DNA of 63,697 bases, counting the filler, from Neolecta irregularis DAH-3 (lineage: Eukaryota), in the NCBI GenBank assembly GCA_001929475.1. It is 10 parts of 10 records of this genome, joined end to end, with 100 filler letters (N's around TTAATTAATTAA, not from the genome) between each part and the next. Parts side by side here need not be neighbours in the genome. Positions count along the whole stretch, not along the records: positions 25,265 to 44,930 come from LXFE01000354.1; positions 45,031 to 48,588 come from LXFE01000355.1; positions 48,689 to 50,228 come from LXFE01000357.1; positions 50,329 to 53,107 come from LXFE01003318.1; 6 more parts are not named here. One strand, written 5' to 3'. Every line of letters starts with the position of its first letter. The first letter of the stretch is position 1. Positions 39,420-52,539 of the stretch are shown piece after piece. The position numbers and the translations under genes are program-made. The notes beneath the pieces are model-generated. The model did no database searches. It was not told the DNA's origin and worked only from the letters and a program-made list of their open reading frames with translations.

Positions 39420-39507
39420 AATCCGAAGATTTTAATTTGTTAAACTGTGGAGATTTGTGGGGTCAACGACAAGGCCTAACTAAACTAATTCCACTATCAG
39501 TGCACTG

Positions 39508-39890
39508 ATGGCGAAAGTCGTCCATGATCCTCCCTCGACCACCATAGTGCTATTATCTTCGCTCGTGTCTTCGCCTGAAGACTACTATAATAAGAAATTG
39601 CGGTGTTTGGGATGGTACTGGTTTCGAAATGTTCTCTTCTGAAGTAACAAAGTATCACTGCATATGATACCAGAACGGCTGAAATGACAATGAATCACAA
39701 TTCAGCCGCTGTTCGAGTGGATATTTCCCTACTTCTTTCTACTTTGAATATTTCATCCGGCGATTGGGTTCATATATTTGGCTATTTCACGACCAAATGT
39801 GTAATTGAGGCGATCATGGTGTTACCCGCAATCGGAATCGATATTGAAAAGTATACGGCGGCGGTAAATCGAAGACATGTTTTCAAATAG
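39508..39890 (+). CDS. TEN1: Telomere CST complex subunit Ten1 (1 intron)
   Basis: KKLRCLG|..ITAYD..VRVDISLLL..GDWVHIFGY..IEAIMV..IDIEKY fits the fungal Ten1 OB-fold pattern. Confidence 0.75.
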
Positions 39891-39953
39891 AACAAATATT
39901 CACGAGCTATAGAAAAGCGGTTTGAAAATCAACTTTCTTTAACTTCAATCCGA

Positions 39954-42234
39954 CTAAAACCTCCTTCGCGAATACCGTAGTGAATGTAGTAAGGATCTAT
40001 GATTATAACTTCCTCCTCTTTCTAGAACAAATATTCTTTTCTTCACCTTCTTCAACTTCTACCGCCACGAATTTCTGGTTTGTTTTGTCGTAACCGTAAT
40101 CAAAAAACAGCTCCTCGCCTACTTTCATATCTCTCTTAGCGAACATGCCAATTCGATGTTGCCCTTCAATAAACAGCACTTTAGCGAAACAGTTTGGTCG
40201 CTTTTCGCTGTGATTTATAAATCGAGATTTTGTACCAAAATTCTGCGCATCGACGACGTGATCTCCCTGTTTAATGGATTCCCAACTGGAAGATATACCT
40301 AGGCATAGTGTGAAAAGATAAGAGCACTTCCGCTCATCATAAAGTTTTCTTTTGTAAGCTCATATTTTGGAGAAGCCCGCATACCCTCTGCGTTCACCCT
40401 CGTCGTTAGTCAGAATTTCTCCTCGATATTCGCCAAGAAAGTCACCTGCCTTGACGCCCTCTGCGACAAAGCAGCCCCATCCTGCAACTCTGCTTCTCCC
40501 GAGAAGAAGCATTTTCCCAGTATTCCTGGTCATCTGTCTGTTTGCGCATTTTGAGGAACAAGAACAGACATCCGGATCACATTCTCGATTTAGCTGAATA
40601 CAGTCACAGAATCTTGTACAAGAGCCTTTACATCGGCATCCTTTGTAACGCCGGGGACAATCAGATGGACAAGTACACCATTTTTCACAGTGACTCTTAG
40701 CCTTGACACAACAACATGTCGAGGTACACAGACCTGAATGATTGCAAGGGATATAATGTGGTCGTTGATCAGCATATCCAGTAAGTTCATAGTCCGATGA
40801 AGCTCTTCTTGGTCCTGATTTAGAGGACTTTGCTGTAGTGAGATTTATGGGAATTGTTTGTAGTAAATCGCAAATTTCAGACTGGGTTTGTAGCATTGGT
40901 GGATTTTGAAGGAGGTAAAAGTGAATCCATATAGCGTTAGTTTCATTGTAATGATACGTAAATACTTTGTTGCAGGTTATTTGCAGAAACATCGATAGTA
41001 AGCAAGAAAGCCTTGCATGTGGAAAAGACCGCGAAATTATCAGGTCCAGAAGTTTTAACTCATCTGTACTCAGCTCAAGAGGAGTGGTATGAGCTTCCTG
41101 TCGCACAATCAACTGGGAAATATAAAAAGTATATACCTCTAGGAAACAATAATTTGAGCAAGGCTGGTGATCACTGTATGGAACCCATGTGCTCAAACGC
41201 GAGACTGTTGGCTTTATCCGTGGAAGATCTAAGACAATCAATCTAGAAAGATAATCCAACTGTGCTGGTACCATGGTCATGGCAATCAAATTTATAGCAA
41301 AGGGGACACTGGAGCAACATATAGCTCTCAAATGGATCGCCATCTTTGGAACAATCCTTGGTCCTATAATAAGACATGGCTTCAGAGTGACGCATGCTTA
41401 CTGAAGTAACTCTTTTTGACGGGCTAAATGTCTATAGTATTAGCAGAAAAAAAACGTAACCTCAATAGTAGTACAATGAAACGACATCTCGTAGGCGGGT
41501 CTTTGTGACTTCAAGCCAAATCTTTTCCAATTGCCAGATTTTCTGGATCATAGGCTTGTTGGTAACTTTTTCCTTCTTGTTGGAGTTCAAGACTATATCA
41601 TAATCTGTGATATTTACGTTATATTTGTAAAGCCACTCTTCCACATGAGGCTCATACCAAGCTGCCACTATTGTTCAATTAGACTGTACAAGATATGATT
41701 GATATACTGTATTCTGTGTCAATAAGTTTTGCCGGCTTGATTGCTATTTGAAAGAGCTCGTCGAATTTAATTGCCGTGTCTTCGTCGCCGTCACCAAAAT
41801 ACGGATAGTAGAAAAGTTTTTCCTCGTTTGGAACATCAATATTATGGGCAAGTGGCGTGTAGTATTTATATCTCGGTAGACAATCGCACTTCTCGAATGT
41901 TGCAGACTTGTAGGACTTTACATACGTTTCAGATGTTCCATATCTTTTCTGAAAGTCCTAGGTACAATTAGGAAGAATGCGTGCAATGCCAGACCTGTAT
42001 TGATACTTTTATACTGGGCCCAGAGACAGCCTGAACCGGGCTTACCTTCGTGCCAGGAGGGATGGGGCGCAAACCCTGGTATTTTTGATGGCGCATGGAA
42101 TTTCTGGCAATTGCGTCCTTGGGCTCAGTACAATTCGCTGAAAGATGTGCAACATTGGCAATCTCAATGTATTCTGTTTGCAGGTCTTCCTTCAAAGATT
42201 CCAAGAGTGTTCGAGCAGCACTGGGCGTAGTCAT
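39954..42234 (-). CDS. EZH2: Enhancer of zeste / EZH2 (SET-7/KMT6) H3K27 methyltransferase, PRC2 catalytic subunit (multi-exon)
   Basis: CXC domain PCNHSGLC..CEKWCTC..C.RRYKGCRC..C.C...RECDPDVC, then SET domain AGWGCF..FLGEYRGE..GERR..SYLFTL..VVDA..RFINHS..PNC.AKV..HRIGMFA..GEELFFDYGY. Confidence 0.9.
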
Positions 42235-42421
42235 GGTCTACTTGTGCGGGTGGTTGTAAACCAACGAGCCAGGTGAAGTTGGGGACTGCCGCCATCTCCA
42301 AAATAAGCAGGCCAACTGAACCGGCTGCTGCCTACACCAGCATAGTCGCTGCCTGCGCCCCACCAGTTCGCCTGCCAGTCGCCCCAAAGCACTTCCAGTC
42401 GTCTTTCCGCTCGCGTTACCA

Positions 42422-43751
42422 ATGTTGGCCCTCAAGAAGCTTGGTACTCTGATAATCGTCGTCATGAAAGGGGTCACAGGCCCTTGGAAACATATTCACT
42501 TACCATTCAGAAAAACCTTCCAAATCGTCAAAAGATCGGCAAACAAGACCCCTACTGTATCCTTAGGATCGCCGCAGAGGCAAAACGTACACCCACAGAC
42601 AAACGAGGTGGCCAATCCCCTAAATGGGATCATGAACTCAGATTTGAGATCATGGATACTCAAGATCACAAGTCTGTCAAAATAAGCGTGTTTAACGAAG
42701 ATTCCAAGGAGCCTGATTTGATTGGACATACTGTTATAGATCTCAGCAGTATCTTGAAAAAGGGAGAAAGCGATGAGTGGTTCCAATTGAAGTGTAAAGA
42801 TCGCTATGCCGGCGAAATTTATCTGGAGATGACCTTCTACTCGGCGGTACAGACAGATTCATTAGGGATCTCAACTGAGGATAGGCCAAACCCCCAATGC
42901 CAGCAAAAGAAGCGGTACATAAACAAATAAAGCCGAAGCATCGTCCGCTACCTAACTGCCCAGAAGGAGCAATCGTGCCTCCAGTTCCACTAGGTCCACG
43001 AGACGCCGGTTACATACCACACCCTCCACGACGCGCATCAAATGGAATGTATCAAAACTCAGGTCAGCGAACGTCGAGTCAGCCAATTCGTCTTTCTGCG
43101 TCGTTCGATGCCCGTCAATTTCAGCACGTTGAACGAAGACAATCTGGAGATCTAAATATTAATTACATTGATGATTTCGATTCAGCATATCCACCTCGTC
43201 ATCCAGAAACTACTTTCCCATATGAAGTATACGATTATCCGGCCGAGCAATATATCCCCGAACCGATCTATGAAAACGAACAAGCGCATGATTTCACTGA
43301 GTATCCTTGGAGCCCAGAACATGAAGACCCGCCCGAACACTATCAGCAACCCTTCTCCATGGTCCGTTCAAATCCTGATCTTCCAGTTTCCTACTCCGCC
43401 CCTTCCCTCTCTCCTCACCGACGAAACACACAGAGTAGATCTCATGAATCTTTGTCACTCCATCCTTCCCCAACGCAGAGCTTGTCAATGAAGAGTCTAA
43501 CTCAGAATCTTCCTCCTATACCCTCAAAATACCCACCCCTTCGGCGCCCGACGAAACGGAATTCTTTACCATTCAGTCCTGCATCGTACGACTTACCGGA
43601 AGAAACGACTATCAGAAGAACAATCATGCGCTCCAGTAAAGATTCTTTACCTCATGCACCAGAGCCTCTTCAAAGACCGTTGCCCCTCCCGCCCAAGATC
43701 CCCGAAGGATATACCGATGCAGAATGGTATGCTGTTCAAGGAAACGATTAA
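42422..43751 (+). CDS. fic1: C2-domain cytokinesis protein Fic1/Inn1 (multi-exon)
   Basis: GTLIIVVMKG|KNLPNRQKIGKQDPYC..TDKRGGQSPKWD..YAGEIYLEMTFY and a proline-rich PxxP tail. Confidence 0.82.
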
Positions 43752-45030
43752 TGCAAATACGAGCAAGGTGTATTTCAAATTCAGTCTAGAGCAGTTCAAT
43801 ATGGTGTTATTAGTAGTAATTCGGCCATTGGGCACAACGTTTTAAGTAAATCGGTAATTTTGACCCCAAGGGGTCCGGAGGGGGTGGAGGGGGTGGGGGT
43901 TCATTTGGATGTTATTTGTGTAGGCAACAACTCAGTCTTAAAATTCCGCATGTATAATCAACCTGCTTTCTAAAGTGACTTTTCTCCTTTCTGAGTTTTA
44001 GCGAACATGGCTAAATCAATAGGCCGAGGTATCAAGGGATCTAGCTTTGCAGTAAAAACTCGACATAATTCTTTCGAAGCATTACGTGTTTATGATTGAT
44101 GGATTCTTTGTAGTTAATAACCTGACAGGGAATGGAATTCTCTGTTGAAAACGCTCGTAAATAGAGATCTGTTTAGTTAATTATATCATCGCCTACGATC
44201 GGATGGCCATATGGAAGGTTGATCGGTTTGGTTGCATGAGGGGTGATCCGTATTATCTTAATACGAGAATTTCAATAGGAGTAGCGGATACCACGACCTA
44301 AGAAGCTCGAATAACATTTTCATCCTTATTTCCATGGCGGTACTCAGATAGGTCGTCACGAGTGTGTTGAACCTTCGCGAATACGTTCTCGGCTTTTGAA
44401 AGGTGTCAGAAATATTTGGGATCGTGGATTTTTCCCTGAAGAAGAATTAGAAAACATGCTTTCACTCACAAGATCAATCGTGGTTGCTGAAGGGATCAAC
44501 CATCAAGAAAATGAGTCTGGAGGTCATCGTGTGATTTCAAGAACCTATCAAACGCTATGACGTCATGCTCAGCAAGTAGTTTCGTGCCAAAATAGCGTAC
44601 TGTCTGATTAAATCACCTGGACGAACTGTCGTTATACTTAGATCAGCTGAAAGACGCTGTGTCTACTCTCTATAAATGGGACGATGAAGTAGTGAGACTA
44701 ATGAAATCAAAAGGGACCAGTAGTTAATCAAAACTAGACTGGCCAGTTTAATTATTCTGGTGCCCTCTAAATGAGCAATGTGACCAGTGCCTGATCAAGG
44801 GAGAAATTAGATTCATCACTGTTTCAGATTTTAAGTGAGCTTGTCGCAACAAACTCGTATACGAGGTATTTTCTGGTTATCTGATGGGTTTTCTCTTCCT
44901 TGATTATACTACAATGACGTGGCTCATTCTNNNNNNNNNNNNNNNNNNNNNNNNNNNNNNNNNNNNNNNNNNNNTTAATTAATTAANNNNNNNNNNNNNN
45001 NNNNNNNNNNNNNNNNNNNNNNNNNNNNNN

Positions 45031-45084
45031 ATGAGATGTATATCAGGATGAGATGTATATCAGGATGAGATGTATATCAGGATG
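45031..45084 (+). repeat. Tandem repeat ATGAGATGTATATCAGG x3 at a contig end
   Basis: The 17-nt unit is directly visible. Confidence 0.85.
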
Positions 45085-45101
45085 ATGCAGATATAATATG
45101 A

Positions 45102-46303
45102 TCAATACTTCTTGGCAGAAGAAACTCCCTGAAATACACCCCCCAATTCCTCGCTTCCCACAGAATACATCAAAGAGACACTCCACAAAATCGCTCCCAA
45201 GAACGATACTCCAAACTGTCGTTAGCCCACTCTTCAAAGACATACCCAAAAGAACAGCTGAAACTCGCTCAAAATGTTCTTTGTCTCACATGCAGGTCCA
45301 GTCCAATATGTGCTCTTTTCTCCCCGAGTCCGCTCCTCAACACTCCTCGTGCACTGACAGGTCCAGCAATCCACCATTCCATGGTACTCCAAACACGACC
45401 CGTGCTCGGAACAATTGCCAGTGACCTTCTCACACACTTGTCGACTCTGGTAGCATGACCCAGATGCAAGTTTAACAGGCGTCGTAAAAACACCTTCACT
45501 TGGTCCTCGTTTACCATGCATTCCTCCAGGCGGAATACACACAACCAAAGCTTGAGAATCTAATAGTGTCGCAAACACGCCGGCAAGCAACTTGATCCCA
45601 CTCTGATACTCACTTGACTCGCCCCCGTATTTATGGTAAATATCACCTAGAGAACTTGAATGAATCAACGCACAAACATCTCCTTTGAGCGATTGAACAA
45701 GTTCCTTCAACGCAGTTAATTCTTCCAAATCTTCTCCTCTTGATGAATCAAACTTGGAGAATATATCACCAAATCGCTCTCGCTCAGCTTGAATTTCCTA
45801 GACAAATTAATACCATCCTCGGGACATCATACAGTCGCAGGAACACTCCCCATAATCGTCCCCTTTTCATTCTCGAAAATAATCCCAGATTCACCCTTGA
45901 CATCTTGAATCTTTTCAGCAAATTCTCTAAATAATTCCCCGTAAACATTCGAATATAAGAAATCTTCAATATGATATCTAGGCGAAACATCCCCCAACAA
46001 CTCTGCCAATCAGCTCTGCTGCATACAGCTATTACCCTCCGGGTCAACTACACCCTCAACCATAATCAGCATCCTCGGCCTTTTTTCATCCCAAACGTTC
46101 TCAGCCATTCCCAAACCATCTGATTGGAAATTCAAGCCCCAGTAGTCATGTACACCGAATGCTCGTAAAAGTACATGACGAGCGGTGTCAGCGGTAATTG
46201 AACCCCAAGCGGTACTGGCAAACGAACGCGGAAGCGAATATACAGAGGCCTGTAGAGCTGAAACGCTGGATACACCTAGGCAAACGATATTATATAGCCT
46301 CAT
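45102..46303 (-). CDS. DUF3844-domain type-I membrane protein (multi-exon)
   Basis: Signal peptide; CYQSRQVCEKVTGNCSEHGSC..CQC..YWTGPAC..FQLFFW, a TM helix, then YSVGSEELGGV. Confidence 0.78.
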
Positions 46304-46736
46304 GGGATTGTGGAGGGTACTTGGGATCACGTTTGGTTGCGACGCTAATGACGTCTACTACTTGAACAAAAATCTATCATAGATCACTTGGTATGAATTG
46401 TCGTGTTTTTAGTTTTGGAAGTGAATCTTTTCTCATATTATATCTCCCGCGAAATCTTCAGCATATTGTCATACCGAAATATGTAGAGACGATTTTATAC
46501 GAGCATAGGCACTGCAATTTCAATGGATATTTCTGGACGGCCTCAAATGTCTTATTCCTCCCGGAGAAGGCAAGGTCCGCCCCCTTGATCGAGACAGCGC
46601 CATCCGTCCTGCCGTATGTGGCGGTGGTATTCCGGATCCCGTCGATCTCCTTTTCACCATCAAGAAATAAGCATCGCAATAAATATCGAGTAGGAAAAAA
46701 CTATATATCAAGACACCGGAAAGAAAAAAACACTTT

Positions 46737-48019
46737 TTACAAAAGTGGAGGGGGGTCGTTAGAGTTGTGCTGTGCATCTTGCATTGTTTGATCGGCAAGG
46801 GTATCTAATCCGCGATGCGGGATAAACCCCACATCTTTCTGCAACGTTTCATAATCTTGGCTGGCTTTTTCTAAGCCATCTTGTACCAATTTTTCTCGAA
46901 GCAGTAAATCAGCCATCTCTTGTGCTAATTCATTTGCTTGTCTAGTCAATTGAGCTTTCTTCTCTTGCATCGTAATCATCATTCCGCGTAATCGGCTCAA
47001 TGCACCCGCTAGTGTAGGTAGAGCCGTAACTATCGGCGGAACAGGAACACTTGATTTTCTTGATCTTCTAGTCGTTTCTCGAGTGGTGAAATCCCCTTTA
47101 CGGATTTGTGATTGTTCCCATTCTTGCATTGCCGAATTATCAGAGTCTGATTCTTCATATTCGTCCGCTTCGCTGAATTGTTAGTCACATAAACTTTATT
47201 GTTTTTTACATGGCGTCTCGCATTTCATCTTTCCGTTTCTTTGCCAATAGTTGTTCTCCATCTTTTCGAAGAATAATGCCATGGTCCACATACTCTTCCA
47301 ATCCATCAAGTCCATCCCCTCCATATTCATCTTCCTCCCTTACTAACCGTGGACCAGCCTTTTTACTCGAAACAATAAGATCTTGGTTTTCGCTTAGCGA
47401 GATAAAGTCCGCGCCATCTTTGGCCCGGCGAGCTCTTCGATCTTTAATCGCTTTTACTACTCCAGATTCTGGTATAGAAGATGATTGATTACCGAGCACC
47501 ATCCCGAATTTTCCTTCGATATCCAACGGGTCATCTTTTTCGCTGATCGCTGGCGATTGGTATTCTTTCGGAGTTGAGGGTGTCGATGTCTTGAGCTGGG
47601 AAAGATACGATTTGGTATATGTCGGACGCGATATCGAGGCTTGTTCAAAATTCGATGGAATATCCTCCTCCTCACCTACATTCTTTCGAGAGGATATATT
47701 CCTAGAAAGTATAGATCTCTTTGGTACAAAAGACCCTTCATCTTCCTGGTTTTATTAGAGCGTTTAGAATTACTAATATACCTCTGGTCCGCCAAAACTC
47801 AACCGTAATTTCGGTGAATTATTCGCTTTATGAGATTTCCTTTTCAAACTACTAGTTGCTATCCCTGTCAAAACTTGATGTGATAAAAAAATTACCAGGG
47901 ATATCGCTCGCGGGTAGTTGTATATTACCTTTGTGACTTGAAGAATCAGTCACATCTTCATCGCTTCCCGCCGCTCGTCTGATAATCTTGGGTTTAGACC
48001 TTCGCGACGAACCGATCAT
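46737..48019 (-). CDS. NTR2: Ntr2-like spliceosome disassembly factor (multi-exon)
   Basis: IPESGVVKAIKDRRARR..DFISL..RLVREEDE..YVD..EWEQSQIRKG and a C-terminal coiled coil. Confidence 0.72.
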
Positions 48020-51000
48020 TATAACAAACGCGATATATGCATTCTTCTCTACAACTCGTCGATTATTCCTCAACCGACGATGAAGACGACGATGATGTTG
48101 ATAAAAGTGAAGTTTCAACACGAAATAAATCAGATTTCATCATCACCCGCACAAATCTTCCTCCGCTACCCGAGTCCTTTCGAGATATTTATATTGGTAT
48201 TTAAACTGTCGTCGGAAATTTATTCATTACAGTTAATCCGCGTATTGGGGATGATCCCGCTCTACATAGCGGCCGAGTACGAACCCAGCCTCACGTAAAA
48301 GGACTTTGGCCTTCGCATGTCTATCTAGAAGGTAGAATCCCCCACAGCAACCGTTGATCCCAAAGTTGGTCCTTGTAGAATGCTTTATGACGCTCTGCAA
48401 GGGATTGTACAAACACTCGCCGAGTCGACACGAAATACAAGATGGAATTCGCTTCTCTGTTCAGAATTTGGCTCCAAAGTGCCCCTTCATATAAGTCTTT
48501 CAGCTCCAATGATGCTTCACACAAATCACAGAAAATCATTCCTTGATCAAATCACCAGAGTCACTACACGAGAAAAGTAATTATCTTGNNNNNNNNNNNN
48601 NNNNNNNNNNNNNNNNNNNNNNNNNNNNNNNNTTAATTAATTAANNNNNNNNNNNNNNNNNNNNNNNNNNNNNNNNNNNNNNNNNNNNCTTGGATAAAGT
48701 CGACCGCGGGAGATCATCCATACATGAGCTCGCCTGCTCGTATCGAAGTCATAGCAATTGCGGAAGTCGGTGGTTTCGTATCCTATTGGCTACAATTGTC
48801 GTTATTTCTTTTCCGCCACTTGCTCCATTGGTAAGATATATCCGGTAATGCCCCGGATATATCCTTACAACTTGGATGGAGTCGGACGCGCTCATGCACG
48901 AACGAGTAGGATGAAGAAGATCGGGAGTAGCAGCATTGTAAGACGAGGACCCAAGTAAGAACAGTGTTGGCAATACGCCCGTCTCCACCTCTCGCTCCTA
49001 TCTCGCCCGCTTCTCCATTCTTACCCGGCCGTCTCTCCTGCCTCGCACACCTATCTCGCCTTTCGTGGCTGCTCACCACCAGACCTTTAAGGATTAGGTT
49101 CAACAACTTACGCTTGCCGTCCGTCCGATGCACCCGCCAACTGTCCTCCAGCTGCTCCTCCTCCAGCCGCTGCGGTGCTGCCCCTGCGCGCCGAGTACTT
49201 CCCCTTCTGCTCCACGCAAAACACGTCCACCGGAAATCCGCATTCTCCGTCTTCCAGTCCGTCGGCGCCTGCTCCCAGACCTGCATGAGGCCTTTGCGAT
49301 CATCCTGCTGGTGCTACACCCTGTTTCCCGCCCTGCGCAGCCCGTTTGAGATTGCTCCCGGCCATGTCCCGGCTATCCCTCAGACAGGTGCGGCAACAAC
49401 GAGACCAATGCCTTTAACTATGTCCAGGTCGGCCATGCCACAGGAACCGCTCTCCCAACACACACCTTCTCCCCGAGGCCCCCCGCCCAGACCTCCATCC
49501 CGTCGCCTCTCCCACGCCCGTCCTCTGCTACACCAACACCAACACCAACCCCGTTTATAATACTATCTTAATTCATTCATGTTTGCATTCCTTTGTCTTT
49601 GTGTCTAAAGATCACTTCAAACAAGGAACAAGATCAGTCGTACTCGTACATTTTAAAATATTCGTCATTGTTTTCTCAATGTTCGTGGGAAGACTTTTGT
49701 TTGTCAATAGCCGACAACCAAAGACACGATATAAGCAAGTAAGCAAGCAAGTCCGGCGGACAAAAATAAGCAAGTAAGCAAGTCCAAAATTTAGATTTGC
49801 TTGTTTGGACTTGAATAGACTTGACTGTTAAGACTTTTAATGAGACATTGAATATTTTCTAAATGTATCTACCAAAAATTATCTCCGTTATCCCAAGAGA
49901 TATCCATTATATTGAAATGTCAATTCCAATTACCAATATGGATTCCAGCAATCTTACCACAGCAAATTTTTCAATTTTTCAGGACCGGACACCTTCAATA
50001 TCACTCAGCGAGATTGATATTGATATATCAACCCCTGGTCCTGAACTTAATTATGATGACGACAAGAGCAGTAGTTCTACATCCCTACCTAAAACGATTT
50101 TGCATTAATGCTTGGAAAGAAAATCCCGATTGGCTTGTTTATAACAATGCTTCCTTTAAAATACTTTGGCAGGAGTATAAGAATCACCTGGGCGTTGGGA
50201 TAATATCACCAAAACCAAAGCCTTGCAGNNNNNNNNNNNNNNNNNNNNNNNNNNNNNNNNNNNNNNNNNNNNTTAATTAATTAANNNNNNNNNNNNNNNN
50301 NNNNNNNNNNNNNNNNNNNNNNNNNNNNCCCTGCCAATATTTGAATCCCATGGTAGACAACCTCCTTCCATAGGCAACCTCTCACTCGCTCCCTGTTGAC
50401 ATCCTACTGCTCTGGGTCGCGCTACTCCGTTCAAGGCCTGAAATTGTCGGGTCATCTGAGAGCAGTCTCCCAGATTAATTGCGAGGTAAAACAGCTTTCA
50501 TATTAAAATTGCTAAGAATATTTGCTGAAAACCCGTTACAGAGTAGCCTCGGTGGATATGTACTGTTGTAAGCTATGCGCTTAGAAGTACGACAAGACCA
50601 AATGTTATAACTAGCCCAAGTATCGTACTTACAAGGGACAGTTTAATCCCCCCGTCAAGCCACCATACCGTATTGGTAAGGTATTTCCTTACAACCTATA
50701 TAACCTTTTGAGATTGTTTTATTGCTATTGCAAAACGCGTCCTGAAATAAAATGATCAAACAGNNNNNNNNNNAGTCTAATCCCCCGTCAAGCCACCATA
50801 CCGTATTGGTAAGATATACCCATATAACCTTTTGAGATTGTTTTATTGCTATTGCAAAACGCGTCCTGAAATAAAATGATCAAACAGAATTTTCATCTAG
50901 ATATCAAATCCCACCTCTAAACAGACTATCACAGCCCAATCTAGTGTAAAGATACTTGAAATAATTCAATCACCGTAATAATCAAATAAACTTGAGGTTC

Positions 51001-51222
51001 AAATGCTTCATGAAGCAATCAATAAATTGACTAGACTTGAATTACAAAGAAGCATCAGCAGACCGAATTTCTGGTAACAGAATCTACGCTATGAAAATTG
51101 ATCAAGAGGGAAAACACGTGTAGAATGAAGTGTAACCGCAGAAATTGAAAAAATGTAATTAGGACCGGCCAATATATAGAAGATATAGAATCCGTCATTC
51201 AAAACATGCCATTCGTTTCAAA

Positions 51223-52539
51223 TTAAGAGGGGACAGTAAATATGGAAGCGGGGTGTTCAGCTAGAGCAGCTGAGAGTTGGTCCTGAGTGATGGTATCGCC
51301 AATGACAAATGAGTCGTCTAGCGCGAGGATATCGATTGTATGAGCGGCAGATTTGAAGTAAACAAGGAACTTTTTAGGAGTTTGAACTGGTCGTGCAATC
51401 CAGTCTGGGCTACCACCTCCTCCTGAGATTTTGCCGTTGGTTGAGGCACCGCCTTGAGCAATGTGGAGGTGGGAGGTGCACCTTTCGTTACCCGGATCGA
51501 GGACTTCGAGAATATCGAATTCGCCACAACCTGTGTCCCAGCACGAGCTTGGGCTGTACTGGCCGCAGTCTGCGATACGCGAGTTTAGCATCCAGAAGGC
51601 GGGCATGTCGTTGTTGATGGGGGAGTTTACATTGTCGTGGGGCATCAAGAGTTCAACGATGAAGATGGAATCCTCAGGCTTGAAGCCGTCTAAATTGTGA
51701 GAAGGGAATGAAGGGGAATTGGTACGGTAAGCGACTTCAGGGCCACCTCTGACAAATCCTGGACAATTATCGCCGCATTTCTGGCCCGTTTTGACGATGA
51801 TCTCGACGTTTGAGGGGATGACTGTTTGCTCGAGGGTTTGGGGGGCGGCAGCAGCACCATGGCCGTTGGCGCCCGCAAAACTGAGCGAGTTTCCAAAGGC
51901 GGAGGACCAAGTGCCCGAGCCATTGACGCCGCCCAAGTTGTTTAGGAAGACGATATTGTCAGCAGTCTGGGAGGCTGCGTTGTAGTAGCTTGATCTGCTC
52001 CAAGCGTTTCCAGAACAGGGGCCTGCGGTGGGGAGCGGCGTGGAGCTGTATGACACCGAAGCGGAGGACGTGGCGGTGACGCTGAAGCCTCTGGCGTTAT
52101 TGTGGTGATGGGAGTGTCTGCGGGCGCGGGTGTGGGAGGGGTCTCGCGTGGCAATGGAGCTCGAGAAGGCGGAGGCGTGGATGTCCAAGGAGGAGGTGGA
52201 GGCGGGCTGGCAAGACGCGGGGGAGTATACAGCGAGGGTGTTTAGCTGGAGCGGGCCGCGGAAATGCAGGCTGACTGTTTCGTTGTTGAGGAAGGGCGAG
52301 CCGGAGAAGGGGACCTGCATGCGGGACACGGCACCGGTGACCTCGTCCATGAAGGAGGGCGTCTGGAAGGAGCCCTCCTCCTGGTTGAAGTTTTCATAGG
52401 TGATGTGCTGTGTCTGGCTGCAGTAGGTATTGCCAGCAATAAACTGGCAGGCGGCGGCGGCGGCGGGGTCAGCGCGGACGGGTGCGGGCAGCAGCGCGAG
52501 AACGAGCGAGAGCGCGGAGACGGACGCAGAAAGGGCCAT
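51223..52539 (-). CDS. TOS1: Tos1/YJL171C-like secreted cell-wall glucanase-fold protein (DUF2403 plus DUF2401)
   Basis: Signal peptide, SLHFRGPLQL, IVFLNN, FGNSLSFA, DMPAFWMLN..QY..SCWDTGCGEFDILE; a 36-nt intron at 51690-51725 restores AYHGF. Confidence 0.88.
   Translation of the reverse strand: MALSASVSALSLVLALLPAPVRADPAAAAACQFIAGNTYCSQTQHITYENFNQEEGSFQTPSFMDEVTGAVSRMQVPFSGSPFLNNETVSLHFRGPLQLNTLAVYSPASCQPASTSSLDIHASAFSSSIATRDPSHTRARRHSHHHNNARGFSVTATSSASVSYSSTPLPTAGPCSGNAWSRSSYYNAASQTADNIVFLNNLGGVNGSGTWSSAFGNSLSFAGANGHGAAAAPQTLEQTVIPSNVEIIVKTGQKCGDNCPGFVRGGPEVAYRTNSPSFPSHNLDGFKPEDSIFIVELLMPHDNVNSPINNDMPAFWMLNSRIADCGQYSPSSCWDTGCGEFDILEVLDPGNERCTSHLHIAQGGASTNGKISGGGGSPDWIARPVQTPKKFLVYFKSAAHTIDILALDDSFVIGDTITQDQLSAALAEHPASIFTVPS

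Noticed and set aside
43850-44930. 1-kb gene-free stretch with a G-run cluster at about 43870-43900
   Set aside because: No intact frame, TIR partner or identifiable homology could be seen.
49690-49838. AAGCAAGT subrepeats between 9-bp direct repeats AAGACTTTT
   Set aside because: No terminal inverted repeats, so a Mutator-like MITE is not supported.
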